Positions 20,072-29,157 of a stretch of 64,000 nucleotides of DNA are shown here, piece after piece. Location: positions 2,112,001 to 2,176,000 of the forward strand of contig OY820591.1 in NCBI GenBank assembly GCA_963555985.3, given 5' to 3'. How positions within the stretch are numbered: the stretch's first letter is position 1; each line of letters opens with the position of its first letter. The notes under the pieces were generated by a model that was given only the letters and a program-made list of their open reading frames with translations, was not told the DNA's origin and did no database searches. The position numbers were made by a program, and so were the translations under genes. Source of the DNA: Dehalococcoidia bacterium. GTDB taxonomy: Bacteria; Chloroflexota; Dehalococcoidia; Bin125.

Positions 20072-20701
20072 ATGCTCGATCACATCGTGCTCGCCACGCC
20101 GGACGTCCAGACTTCGGTCGCCGAGATTGAAGCGGCGATCGGTCTGCGCCCCGAACTCGGCGGGCACTTTCCCGGGCGCGGCGTGTACAACCATCTGCTC
20201 GCGCTCCAGAACGACGCCTACCTGGAGATCATCGGCCCGGATCCGGACCAGGCGGATCACGAAGGTTCGCTGCCGTTCGGGATGCACGAGTTCGGCGACC
20301 GGGGCGCGCACGTGCCGCACTGGTGCTGCAAGGCCGGCGCGGAGATTGAGGAACGCGTCGCGGCTGCGAAGGCGGCCGGCTACGACATCGGCGAGGTGTA
20401 CCCGCTGGGCCGTGTGCTCGCCGACGGGACCCGGCTCGACTGGCGCCTCACCCGTACGATCTGGCCGCCGCTGTTGGGCGGGCTCGTGCCGTTCCTGATC
20501 GACTGGGGAGACGCGCGGCATCCGTCAACGACTGCGGTCAAGGGCGCGCGCCTGGCTTCTTGGCACGGCGAACACCCCGACCTCGCCGAGGTGCGCCGTG
20601 CGCACGAGGCGCTGCGCGTCGAACTCGAACTCCGCGAAGCCACCGAGCCGGCCCTGGTCGCCGTGATCGAGGGACCGAACGGCTCGATCACGCTGCGCTA
20701 G
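20072..20701 (+). CDS. VOC/glyoxalase-like protein, tandem paralog
   Basis: Same motifs as the upstream gene; GGAGG RBS. Confidence 0.88.
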   Translation: MLDHIVLATPDVQTSVAEIEAAIGLRPELGGHFPGRGVYNHLLALQNDAYLEIIGPDPDQADHEGSLPFGMHEFGDRGAHVPHWCCKAGAEIEERVAAAKAAGYDIGEVYPLGRVLADGTRLDWRLTRTIWPPLLGGLVPFLIDWGDARHPSTTAVKGARLASWHGEHPDLAEVRRAHEALRVELELREATEPALVAVIEGPNGSITLR

Positions 20702-20731
20702 ACCGCAGCAGACAACAGGGAGGAATCAACA

Positions 20732-21790
20732 ATGAAACTCGGACTCTCGTTGGGCTACTCGGGCGCATACATGTCGCTGCCCGTCGATCTCGTCCGCCGC
20801 GCGGAGGAGCTGGGCTACGACTCAGTCTGGACGGCTGAGGCCTACGGCTCCGACGCCTTCTCGCCGCTGGCCTACCTGGCCGCTGTGACCGAGAAGATTC
20901 GGCTCGGCACCGGGGTGATCCAGCTTGCGGGGCGGACGGCTGCCAACGCTGCGATGACAGCGGCGACGATCGACGCGCTGGCCGGCGGCGACCGCGTGAT
21001 TCTCGGGATCGGAGTCTCCGGTCCGCAGATCGTCGAAGGCTGGTACGGCGAGCCGTGGGGCAAGCCCAACACCAGGATCCGCGACTACGTCGCGATCATC
21101 CGCAAGATTCTCGCCCGCGAGGAACCGGTCACGCACGACGGCAAAGAAATCTCACTGCCCTACCAGGGTCCCGGCAGCGCCGGACTGGCCAAGCCGCTCA
21201 AGTCGATCCTGCACATGAATCCCAACATCCCGATCTGGCTGGGCACCGGCACCGAGATGAACGTGCGCATGACCGCTGAGGTCGCCGAAGGCTGGCTGCC
21301 GCTCGGCCTGACGCCCTACAACGCCGACCTGTTCGAGCCCTGGGTCGAAGAGGGCTTCAAGCGCGCCGAGGCCAAGTCCGACTCGCCGAAGTGGTGGCCC
21401 GACTTCGAGGTACAGTCCTCCGCCGAGGTCGAAATCACCGACGACCTGCGCGACGCCTTCCGCAAGATGAAGCCGAACGTCGCCCTCTACGTCGGCGGCA
21501 TGGGTCACCGCACGCTCAACTTCCACAAGATGTCGATGATCCGCCGCGGCTACGGCGACGCCGCCGAACGCATCCAGGAGCTCTACCTCGCCGGTCGCAA
21601 GGCTGAAGCGATCGAGGAGGTTCCCGAAGAGTTCCTCGACGAACAAGCGCTGCTCGGGCCGCCGGCCAGAATCCGCGAGCGCTACCAAGCCTGGGCCGAT
21701 AGCTACATCACCGGCCTCACGGTCAGGACAAACCAGCCCGAAGCGGTCGAGCTGATGGCCGATCTAGCCAGAGAGTCGTCGGGCGCGTAG
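20732..21790 (+). CDS. LLM-class, probably F420-dependent, oxidoreductase
   Basis: GYDSVWTAEAYGSDA, LGIGVSGPQIVEGWYG. Confidence 0.92.
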   Translation: MKLGLSLGYSGAYMSLPVDLVRRAEELGYDSVWTAEAYGSDAFSPLAYLAAVTEKIRLGTGVIQLAGRTAANAAMTAATIDALAGGDRVILGIGVSGPQIVEGWYGEPWGKPNTRIRDYVAIIRKILAREEPVTHDGKEISLPYQGPGSAGLAKPLKSILHMNPNIPIWLGTGTEMNVRMTAEVAEGWLPLGLTPYNADLFEPWVEEGFKRAEAKSDSPKWWPDFEVQSSAEVEITDDLRDAFRKMKPNVALYVGGMGHRTLNFHKMSMIRRGYGDAAERIQELYLAGRKAEAIEEVPEEFLDEQALLGPPARIRERYQAWADSYITGLTVRTNQPEAVELMADLARESSGA

Positions 21791-21843
21791 CGCCTCTTAG
21801 ACTCCAGCATGGCTCTTCGCCAACCCTGAAAGGAAAGCCACCC

Positions 21844-22227
21844 ATGTCCGACGCCGAAGCGATTGTCAACGCCTTCATGGCCGAATTCGACGCCGAGCAT
21901 CCCGACCCGGACAAGCTCGCGTCCTACTTCACCGACGATGCGATCTACAACAACATGCCGGTGGATATGCCGGCGGCAGAAGGCATCGAGGCGATTAAGG
22001 CAGCCCTTCAGGGCATCTCGCAGATGACCTCGCGGGGCTGGGAAGTGACCCACTCGGCCTCGGCCGGCGATGTCGTCTTGAACGAGCGCGTCGACCGATT
22101 CACAATCGGCGGAGCCAGCGTCGACGTCGAGGTCTGCGGCGTCTTCGAACTGCGCGACGGCAAGATTCATCGCTGGCGCGACTACTTCGACATGGCCTCG
22201 TTCCAGAAGCAGATGCCCGGCGGCTAG
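21844..22227 (+). CDS. Limonene-1,2-epoxide hydrolase family protein
   Basis: YNNMP, VLNERVD, GVFE..DGKI..WRDYFD. Confidence 0.88.
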   Translation: MSDAEAIVNAFMAEFDAEHPDPDKLASYFTDDAIYNNMPVDMPAAEGIEAIKAALQGISQMTSRGWEVTHSASAGDVVLNERVDRFTIGGASVDVEVCGVFELRDGKIHRWRDYFDMASFQKQMPGG

Positions 22228-22234
22228 CGCTACC

Positions 22235-23167
22235 TCAGTCGCGGCCGAACGCCGCACGCAGTTCGGCCGCAATCTGGTCGAGGGCCTGGTTACCTTCGGG
22301 CACGGCCTGGAACGCACCCACGAAGCCGTGGATCACACCGTCGTAGCGGGTGCAGCTTGACTGGTTGCCGGCGGCGGCGAGGGCAGCGGCATAGGCTTCG
22401 CCTTCGTCGCGGAGCGAGTCGTACTCGGCGGTGATGGTCAGGGCTCTGGGCAGGTTGGAGAGGTCGTCGGCTCGGATCGGCGAGGCATAGGGCTGCGATC
22501 CCTCGGACTCGTCGTTCAGATACAGATCCCAGAACCAACGCATCCCCGCCTCCGAAAGACCGTACTCGCCGCGACCGTTGACCTTGTAGGACTCGGTCTC
22601 GAAGTTGAAGTCCGTGACCGGATAGATCAAGATCTGGGCAGCAATCTGCGGCCCGCCCCGATCGCGCGCCATCTGCGAGACCACGGCGGCCAAGTTGCCC
22701 CCGGCCGAGTCCCCGGCCACTGCGATCTGGTCGCTCGGGCCGCCCTGCTGGGCGTACATGCCGGTGATCCACTCGAGCGCCGCGTAGCAGTCCTCAGCCG
22801 CCGCCGGATAGGTCGCCTCCGGCGCGAGCCGATAGTCAACCGACAGCACGCTGGTCGGAACCCGGTTGCAGAGCGCTCGGCAAACCGCGTCGTGCGAGTC
22901 GAGGTCGCCGATCACCCAGCCGCCGCCGTGGAAGTAGACCACGGTCGGCAAGTCGCGCGGGTCGTCGGTGGGCAGGTAGCCGCGAGCGGGGATATCGCCG
23001 GCCGGTCCGGGGATGACCATCTCGTGGACCTGGGCGACGGGTTCGGGCTCGCCCTGTGGTCGCAGCGCGGCCATGGCCTTACGAGCTTCCTCGGGCGACA
23101 GTTCATTGAATGGCGTCGCGCCGGCTCGCATGTCAAGGATGGCCTGAGTTTCAGCGGTGACGGGCAT
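22235..23167 (-). CDS. HSL-family esterase/lipase
   Basis: HGGGW, GDSAGG, EYDSLRDEG, HGF. Confidence 0.93.
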   Translation of the reverse strand: MPVTAETQAILDMRAGATPFNELSPEEARKAMAALRPQGEPEPVAQVHEMVIPGPAGDIPARGYLPTDDPRDLPTVVYFHGGGWVIGDLDSHDAVCRALCNRVPTSVLSVDYRLAPEATYPAAAEDCYAALEWITGMYAQQGGPSDQIAVAGDSAGGNLAAVVSQMARDRGGPQIAAQILIYPVTDFNFETESYKVNGRGEYGLSEAGMRWFWDLYLNDESEGSQPYASPIRADDLSNLPRALTITAEYDSLRDEGEAYAAALAAAGNQSSCTRYDGVIHGFVGAFQAVPEGNQALDQIAAELRAAFGRD

Positions 23168-23232
23168 GGTGTCTCCTGTCGGTTGACTCTTGCGCTCCCC
23201 TCGCAAGGGGATGTCCACGCATCATCGAGATT

Positions 23233-23351
23233 CCGTCATTGCCGCGCTCCGCCGCGGCAATCTCGCCTTGTTGTGCACCGACGGCCGTGCCGAACACAGC
23301 CAGATACCCGCGGCAAGCGCGGGTATGACGGTGGTATGTGGGCAGGTCTCC
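23233..23351. repeat. Family-A REP doublet with one MITE-like end
   Basis: CCGTCATTGCCGCG...GGGTATGACGG followed by GGCAGGTCTCC. Confidence 0.82.
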
Positions 23352-23354
23352 TGT

Positions 23355-24281
23355 CTAAATCCGCTCGTTGATGAAGGCGGCGGCTTCCTTGAGGCACTCG
23401 ACGCCGGTCGGGATGATCGCGAACATCATGAACGGGTCGTGAATCACGCCGTCGTAGCGGTGCACCGTCACCTCACCGCCCGCTGCCTCAATTGCCGCGC
23501 CGTAGGCCTCGCCCTCGTCGCGCAGGGGATCGAACTCGGCTGTCTGGATCAGCGCAGGGGCGAGACCGGAGAGGTCCCCGGCCTGCAAGGGCGATGCATA
23601 CGCTTCCTGGCCCGATCCGGCATTCGGGAGATAGTGATCCCAGAACCAGACCATCGAAGCGCGGGTCAGCAGATAGCCCTCGGCGTTCTCCGAGTAGGAC
23701 GGGTAGTCGTAGTTGTGATCGGTCACCGGCACGTGCAACACCTGCGCCGCGATCGCGGGGCCGCCCTTGTCGCGCGCCATCTGCGACACGACTGCTGAGA
23801 GATTGCCGCCGGCTGAGTCCCCGCAGACCGCCATCCGCGAACCGTCCACGCCGATCTCGGCGCCGTTCTCTGCCACCCACGCCGCCGCCGCGTAGCAGTC
23901 GTCGGCTGCGGCCGGGTACTTATGCTCTGGAGCGAGCCGATAATCGACCGAAACTACGGCCGCCTCACCAATCTCAGCTAAGAGCTGCTTGCAGGTGCCG
24001 TCGTGCGAGCCGATGTTGCCAATCACCCAACCGCCGCCGTGGAAGTACATCACCACCGGCAGGTTGTCGCCCGCTGAGGCGTAGATGCGCACCGGAATAT
24101 CGCCGCCGGGCCCGGGCACGGTGCGGTCTTCGACCCGCGCCGGCTCGGGCGCGCCGGCCTGCATCATGGCGAAGCCCTCGATCATGGCCCGCGCCTCTTC
24201 CGGCGTCTGCTCGGAGATATCCGGTCCGCCCTGCTGCTCCAGCATCGCCAACAGTCCCTGAGTCTCTGGTGTTGGGGGCAT
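23355..24281 (-). CDS. HSL-family esterase/lipase
   Basis: HGGGW, GDSAGG, EFDPLRDEG. Confidence 0.93.
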   Translation of the reverse strand: MPPTPETQGLLAMLEQQGGPDISEQTPEEARAMIEGFAMMQAGAPEPARVEDRTVPGPGGDIPVRIYASAGDNLPVVMYFHGGGWVIGNIGSHDGTCKQLLAEIGEAAVVSVDYRLAPEHKYPAAADDCYAAAAWVAENGAEIGVDGSRMAVCGDSAGGNLSAVVSQMARDKGGPAIAAQVLHVPVTDHNYDYPSYSENAEGYLLTRASMVWFWDHYLPNAGSGQEAYASPLQAGDLSGLAPALIQTAEFDPLRDEGEAYGAAIEAAGGEVTVHRYDGVIHDPFMMFAIIPTGVECLKEAAAFINERI

Positions 24282-24353
24282 GGATCACGCCTTTCTTCGT
24301 CAGTGTCTACGGATTGCGCCGCTTTGGTGCGCAGCGTGCGGGCAGGATAACCG

Positions 24354-25478
24354 CTATTCGACAATCCCATAAGCGCGCTTGAGCGCCAGAATCCGCTCCG
24401 CCGATTCGTAGATGCGCTCCTCCGAAATCTCCCCCGCTTCCACCGCCGCCAGAATTGCCTCTTTGATCTCCGCGAGCTGCCCCAAGTCATAGCCCGGGCT
24501 CTGATTCGTGGCCAGCAGCACGTCCGCCCCCGCGAGAATCGCGGCCACCGCCGCCCCGCCCAACCCGTACTGCTCCACAATCGCCGCATACATCACGTCG
24601 TCCGACACAATCACTCCCTCGAAGCCCAACTCGTCGCGCAGCACACCGGCGACGATCGCCGGCGACAACGAAGCCGGCCTGCCGCTGGAATCGAGCACGC
24701 GATTGACCACGTGCGAGACGAAGATCGCGTCGTCGTAGCCGTCGGCGATCAACGCCCGATAAGGCGATAACTCGACATCATGCTGATACGTCTCCGACAC
24801 ATCGGGAATCCCTCGATGCCTCACGCCGGCGTCGCTCCCGTGACCGGGAAAGTGCTTCAAGATCGGAATCACGCCGCCGTCCCGCAGCGCGCCGGCAAAG
24901 GCCGCCGCGTGCGCCGCGACCACCTCGGGATCCGCGCTGAATGAGCGCTCCAGCCCGCCAATCGAGGGGCTGTCGGCGACCAAGTTGACATCCACGACCG
25001 GCGCGAAGTTCCAGTTGATGCCCAACTTGGCGAGTTCCGTTGCCAAGTCAGCGGCAATCGATTCGGTCTCCGAGATTGGCCCAGCTCCAAGCGCCTGATG
25101 GCTTGGCACAACGACTCGGAATCCGTAGCGCTCCTTCAATCGATGCACCACCCCGCCCTCGGCGTCGACGGCGATGAAATAGGCGACGTGCGCCTGGTCT
25201 TGCAGCGCGGCGATCAGGTCGCGCAACTGCTCAGGTGAGGCGATGTTGCGCTCGGCTACGCCGTCGGAGGGAAAGTCGCGGTCGTAGAGGATGACGCCGC
25301 CCGGACGCACTTCGTCCAGTATGGCGCGCACGTCCGTATCGAGCGTCTCGCCGCGAAAGCCAACCAGCAGCATCTGCCCCACAGCGTCTTCGAGCGACAA
25401 CGAGTCATCGTCGCCGCAGCCGACGAGAGCTACCGCCGCAATCAGCAGTCCGGCAAGGACAAGGAGCGTCCGCTTCAC
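24354..25478 (-). CDS. nagZ: GH3 beta-N-acetylhexosaminidase-like lipoprotein
   Basis: Lipobox LVGC; DAEGG, NFAPVVD, KHFPGHG, SDD. Confidence 0.82.
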   Translation of the reverse strand: MKRTLLVLAGLLIAAVALVGCGDDDSLSLEDAVGQMLLVGFRGETLDTDVRAILDEVRPGGVILYDRDFPSDGVAERNIASPEQLRDLIAALQDQAHVAYFIAVDAEGGVVHRLKERYGFRVVVPSHQALGAGPISETESIAADLATELAKLGINWNFAPVVDVNLVADSPSIGGLERSFSADPEVVAAHAAAFAGALRDGGVIPILKHFPGHGSDAGVRHRGIPDVSETYQHDVELSPYRALIADGYDDAIFVSHVVNRVLDSSGRPASLSPAIVAGVLRDELGFEGVIVSDDVMYAAIVEQYGLGGAAVAAILAGADVLLATNQSPGYDLGQLAEIKEAILAAVEAGEISEERIYESAERILALKRAYGIVE

Positions 25479-25945
25479 TGCGCGTCAAGCCACTGGCGGG
25501 TCATCTCCGCGTGGCCGACATGCTCGGCGGTGTGCGCCAGCGCCCGATCGACCAGCTCGTACCCGCTCAGATTCCGGTCCATGAACAGGTGATAGTGCGG
25601 GCCGTCCCAAGCCTCATCGGAGAGTCCGACTAGCGCCGACTCAATCGATGCTTTCGCTCCGGCCCAACGTTCGGCGAGCAGACCCTGTGGGTCATCGAAC
25701 GATGCCGCCCGCGAGTCGAACTCGGCCTGGCGGCTGCGGTCGAGCTGCTCACCCGCGAGCACTTCCACGATGTTCCATTCGGTCGCCGAGATCGCATGGG
25801 TGGCGAGGATGAACATCGTTGAAGCGTCGTCCCAGGGCGCGGTGTCGAGCTGTGCGGTCGTGAGCCCGTCGGCGGCGGCGAGGATGCGCTCGACTAGTTC
25901 GCAGGCGGTCTCGAATGCGGGCAGAGCGGGTCCGGTCAGGGGCAT
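25475..25945 (-). CDS. DinB/DUF664-like protein
   Basis: ILATH...E and C-terminal HTAEHVGH. Confidence 0.75.
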   Translation of the reverse strand: MPLTGPALPAFETACELVERILAAADGLTTAQLDTAPWDDASTMFILATHAISATEWNIVEVLAGEQLDRSRQAEFDSRAASFDDPQGLLAERWAGAKASIESALVGLSDEAWDGPHYHLFMDRNLSGYELVDRALAHTAEHVGHAEMTRQWLDAQ

Positions 25946-26052
25946 CAGCGTCTTCCAATCTGCTGCCTATACTCCGACTGGCTGCGTGAGTACCCGCAGT
26001 GTATTCGGCGGCGCTCCCAAAACGTGCACCGCCTCCGGATAAGGACATCCCG

Positions 26053-26982
26053 ATGAAAGCCGATCCCCAGACCATCGCGCTGAACGAAATGATCGAAGCC
26101 GCCTCGGCGCAGGGCAAGCCTTGGCACGAGATGGAGCCGCAGGAGCTGCGCGACGTGCTCGCCGAGGGCGGCCCGTTCGGCCCGCCGCCGCCGCGCCTGG
26201 ACGACATCGCACAGGAACGCAATGTACCGGGCCCGGCCGGCGACATCCCCGTCCGCGTCTTCATTCCGCCCGTCGTGCGCGGCGTCTACCTGCACATCCA
26301 CGGCGGCGGCTGGGTGATCGGCTCCCACGACGGCGCCGACGAGTCCCTCTGGGCGCGCGCCCAGGCCACGCAGCAGGCGGTCGTCTCGGTCGGCTACCGG
26401 CTCTCGCCCGAGCACCCCTATCCCGCGCCCAACGAGGACTGCGAGGCAGCCGCCGTCTGGCTGGTCGAGAACGGTCAGTCGGAGTTCGGCACCGACGTGT
26501 TCACGATCGGCGGCGAGTCGGCGGGCGGCCACCTCTCTGCGACCACCCTGCTGCGAATGCGCGACAACCACGGCTACACCGGTTTCAAAGGCGCAGCCCT
26601 CACCTACGGCGTCTACGACCTCCGCCACTCACCCTCAGCGCGTCTGTGGGGCGACCGCAACCTGATCCTCTCCTCGCCGATCATGGAGTGGTTCATCGAC
26701 CACTACGTCACCCCCGAACAACCCGAACTGCGCGACCTCCCCGACGTCACCCCCCTCCTCGCCGACCTCTCCGACATGCCGCCGGCCATCTTCACCGTCG
26801 GAACCCTCGATCCCCTGCTCGACGACAGCCTCTTCATGGCCGCCCGCTGGCAAGCCGCCGGCCACGAGACCGAGCTCCACGTTTTCCCCGAAGCCCCCCA
26901 CGGCTTCGACGGCTTCCCCACGCCGGCGGGGATGGACGCGACCAATCGGGTCAACAACTTCCTCTCAGGCTGTTTGGGGTAG
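26053..26982 (+). CDS. HSL-family esterase
   Basis: HGGGW, GESAGG, LDPLLDD, HGF. Confidence 0.92.
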   Translation: MKADPQTIALNEMIEAASAQGKPWHEMEPQELRDVLAEGGPFGPPPPRLDDIAQERNVPGPAGDIPVRVFIPPVVRGVYLHIHGGGWVIGSHDGADESLWARAQATQQAVVSVGYRLSPEHPYPAPNEDCEAAAVWLVENGQSEFGTDVFTIGGESAGGHLSATTLLRMRDNHGYTGFKGAALTYGVYDLRHSPSARLWGDRNLILSSPIMEWFIDHYVTPEQPELRDLPDVTPLLADLSDMPPAIFTVGTLDPLLDDSLFMAARWQAAGHETELHVFPEAPHGFDGFPTPAGMDATNRVNNFLSGCLG

Positions 26983-26987
26983 CCAAG

Positions 26988-27029
26988 CTCTCCCCCTTTG
27001 GGGGAGATGTCGCGGAGCGACAGAGGGGG
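26988..27029 (+). repeat. Family-B repeat, left flank of the DUF559 gene
   Basis: CTCTCCCCCTTTGGGGGAGATGTCGCGGAGCGACAGAGGGGG. Confidence 0.85.
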
Positions 27030-27036
27030 CTGCCCG

Positions 27037-27396
27037 CTAAAGCAACTCGGCTCCAATTCGGTCCACCACCGCCTCAAGGTCTCGATGAACCTCGTCGTTC
27101 CAGAATCGGAGCACGCGATCACCCATTGCCTCCAGGTACTGAGTACGTTCGGTGTCGTGTTCCGTCCGCTCTGAATGTTGACCACCGTCCAGTTCAACGA
27201 TCAGTTTCTCAGGGACGCAGGCAAAGTCCGCAACATAGCGACCAATCGGATGTTGCCGCCGGAACCGGTAACCAGCAAGTTGGCGGCGGCGTAGCCGACC
27301 CCAGAGCAGTACTTCTGCGTCGGTAGCGTTCGAGCGCAGTTTTCTGGCAAATCCGATTTGCTCTCGAGGCGCATACTCGTAGTCGCGTTGTGCCAT
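27037..27396 (-). CDS. DUF559 (Vsr-like) endonuclease
   Basis: ARKLR.NATDAE..LW..LR, FRRQHPIG.Y.ADF, ELDGGQH, VLRFWN. Confidence 0.93.
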   Translation of the reverse strand: MAQRDYEYAPREQIGFARKLRSNATDAEVLLWGRLRRRQLAGYRFRRQHPIGRYVADFACVPEKLIVELDGGQHSERTEHDTERTQYLEAMGDRVLRFWNDEVHRDLEAVVDRIGAELL

Positions 27397-27414
27397 TGTC
27401 GACGCCTCGGCCAG

Positions 27415-27455
27415 CTCCCTCCGCCCCTACGGGGCACCTCCCCCAGAGAGGAAGG
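27415..27455 (-). repeat. Family-B repeat, right flank of the DUF559 gene (inverted)
   Basis: Reverse complement CCTTCCTCTCTGGGGGAGGTGCCCCGTAGGGGCGGAGGGAG. Confidence 0.78.
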
Positions 27456-27464
27456 TCTTGAGAG

Positions 27465-29090
27465 CTAATTCACCCGCTTCTCCACACCTTCCCAGTACGC
27501 CTCGCGCAACTCGAACTTCTTCAGCTTGCCCGTCGCCGTGCGCGGCAGCGTCTCCACAAACTCCACCCGACGCGGAATCTTGAAACCCGCCATCGTCGCC
27601 CGACAGTGCGCGACGATATCGTCCCTCGTCACATCATGACCCTCCCGGGGCACAATCAGCGCCAGCGGCGTCTCACCCCACTGCTCTGAGGGAATCCCGA
27701 TCACCGCCGCCTCTAGCACGGCGGGGTGGTCGTACAACACGTCTTCGACCTCGATCGACGAGATGTTCTCGCCGCCGGAGATAATCACGTCTTTCGCCCG
27801 GTCGACGATGTTGATGTAGCCGTCCTGGTTGACCGTGGCCATGTCGCCGGTGTGGAACCAGCCGTCCACGATCACCTTGTCGGTCTCCTCCTGCTGCTCC
27901 CAGTAGCCGCGCAGGACGACGTTGGAGCGGGCGACGACTTCTCCGATCTCGGTGTCGTCCCAGGCGACCTCCTTGCCGGAATCGCGCACGACCTTGACTT
28001 CCACGCCGATCACGTCATGGCCGGCGCGAACCTTGGTGCGGAAGTAGCCGTCCTCATCCACGCCGAGGTACGGCTTGACCTCCGAGACGGTGAGGATCGG
28101 CGAGGTCTCGGTTAGGCCGTAGATCTGGATGAACTCCCAACCCAGTTCCTGCTCCAGGCGCTCGATGAACGCCTGCGGGGGCGGTGCGCCGGCGACCGTG
28201 AAGCGCGGGCGAACGGTGATGTTGTAGTCGTCCTTGGCGCCAAATTCGAGGATGCGCGCAAGCACGGCGGGAGCCATGCACGCAAACGTGCAGCCCTCGT
28301 CCTGGATCAGGCGGTAGATGTCGTGCGCCTCCGGCGCGCGCAGCACTACGTGCTTGCCGCCCATAGCCGTGATCGCGTACACCCCGCCCCAGCCGTTCGC
28401 GTGGAACATCGGCAGCGTCCACAACTCCGCGTCGTCCTGACAGATGCGCAGGTGGGCAATGAAGTTGTAGGCGTTGATGTAGGCGTTGCGATGCGTGATC
28501 ATCACGCCCTTGGGCCGCGCGGTCGTCCCGGAGGTGTAGTTGATCGAGAGCAGGTCGGTTTCGGCCAGCCCCGGATCGGGCGGCTGCGCGGTCGAATGGC
28601 TGCCGATCCAATCCTCGTAGTTCGTCCAGCCCGGATGAATCGGCGCGTCCTCAAAGGGGATGGCGATGAAGTGCTCGACCGTGCTGATTCCCTCTCGAAC
28701 GTCATCGACGAGGTGCAGAAACTCCGCATCGACCAGCACGACCTTCGAGCCGGAATGCTCCAGCATGTACTCGAAGTCGGAGGGCACGAGCCGGTAGTTC
28801 ATCGGTACGATCACTGCGCCGATCGCGGCGGTCGCGTAGAACGTCTCCAGGAACTGGTGCGAGTTGGGCGCGATGATCGCAACCCGATCGCCCTTGCCGA
28901 TCCCGGCCGCGAGCAGAGCATGAGCCTGCTGATTGACGCGAGCGTTGAACTCGGACCAGGTGAGGCGAGCGTCGCGGTCGACGACGGCCTCAGCAGGGCC
29001 GTAGAGCTTCGACGCACGGCGCACAAAATCATTGACCAACAGCGGGACTTCCATCACAAACTCCAATCCGCCGACCTCGTTGACCGCCAT
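27465..29090 (-). CDS. Acyl-CoA synthetase (AMP-forming)
   Basis: YTSGTTARPKG, YGLTE, FHTGD, TATGK. The start may be the second Met (MEVP). Confidence 0.94.
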   Translation of the reverse strand: MAVNEVGGLEFVMEVPLLVNDFVRRASKLYGPAEAVVDRDARLTWSEFNARVNQQAHALLAAGIGKGDRVAIIAPNSHQFLETFYATAAIGAVIVPMNYRLVPSDFEYMLEHSGSKVVLVDAEFLHLVDDVREGISTVEHFIAIPFEDAPIHPGWTNYEDWIGSHSTAQPPDPGLAETDLLSINYTSGTTARPKGVMITHRNAYINAYNFIAHLRICQDDAELWTLPMFHANGWGGVYAITAMGGKHVVLRAPEAHDIYRLIQDEGCTFACMAPAVLARILEFGAKDDYNITVRPRFTVAGAPPPQAFIERLEQELGWEFIQIYGLTETSPILTVSEVKPYLGVDEDGYFRTKVRAGHDVIGVEVKVVRDSGKEVAWDDTEIGEVVARSNVVLRGYWEQQEETDKVIVDGWFHTGDMATVNQDGYINIVDRAKDVIISGGENISSIEVEDVLYDHPAVLEAAVIGIPSEQWGETPLALIVPREGHDVTRDDIVAHCRATMAGFKIPRRVEFVETLPRTATGKLKKFELREAYWEGVEKRVN

Positions 29091-29157
29091 TATCGCACTG
29101 CCTCGTCGGGCATCGGCGGTAGCCTAGAATTGCTAATGCGTTCTGAGGGAGGCTGGC

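Noticed and set aside
23171-23355. 10-bp direct repeat GTCTCCTGTC flanking the repeat insert
   Set aside because: One copy is the RBS and the other is the MITE end, so coincidence is plausible.
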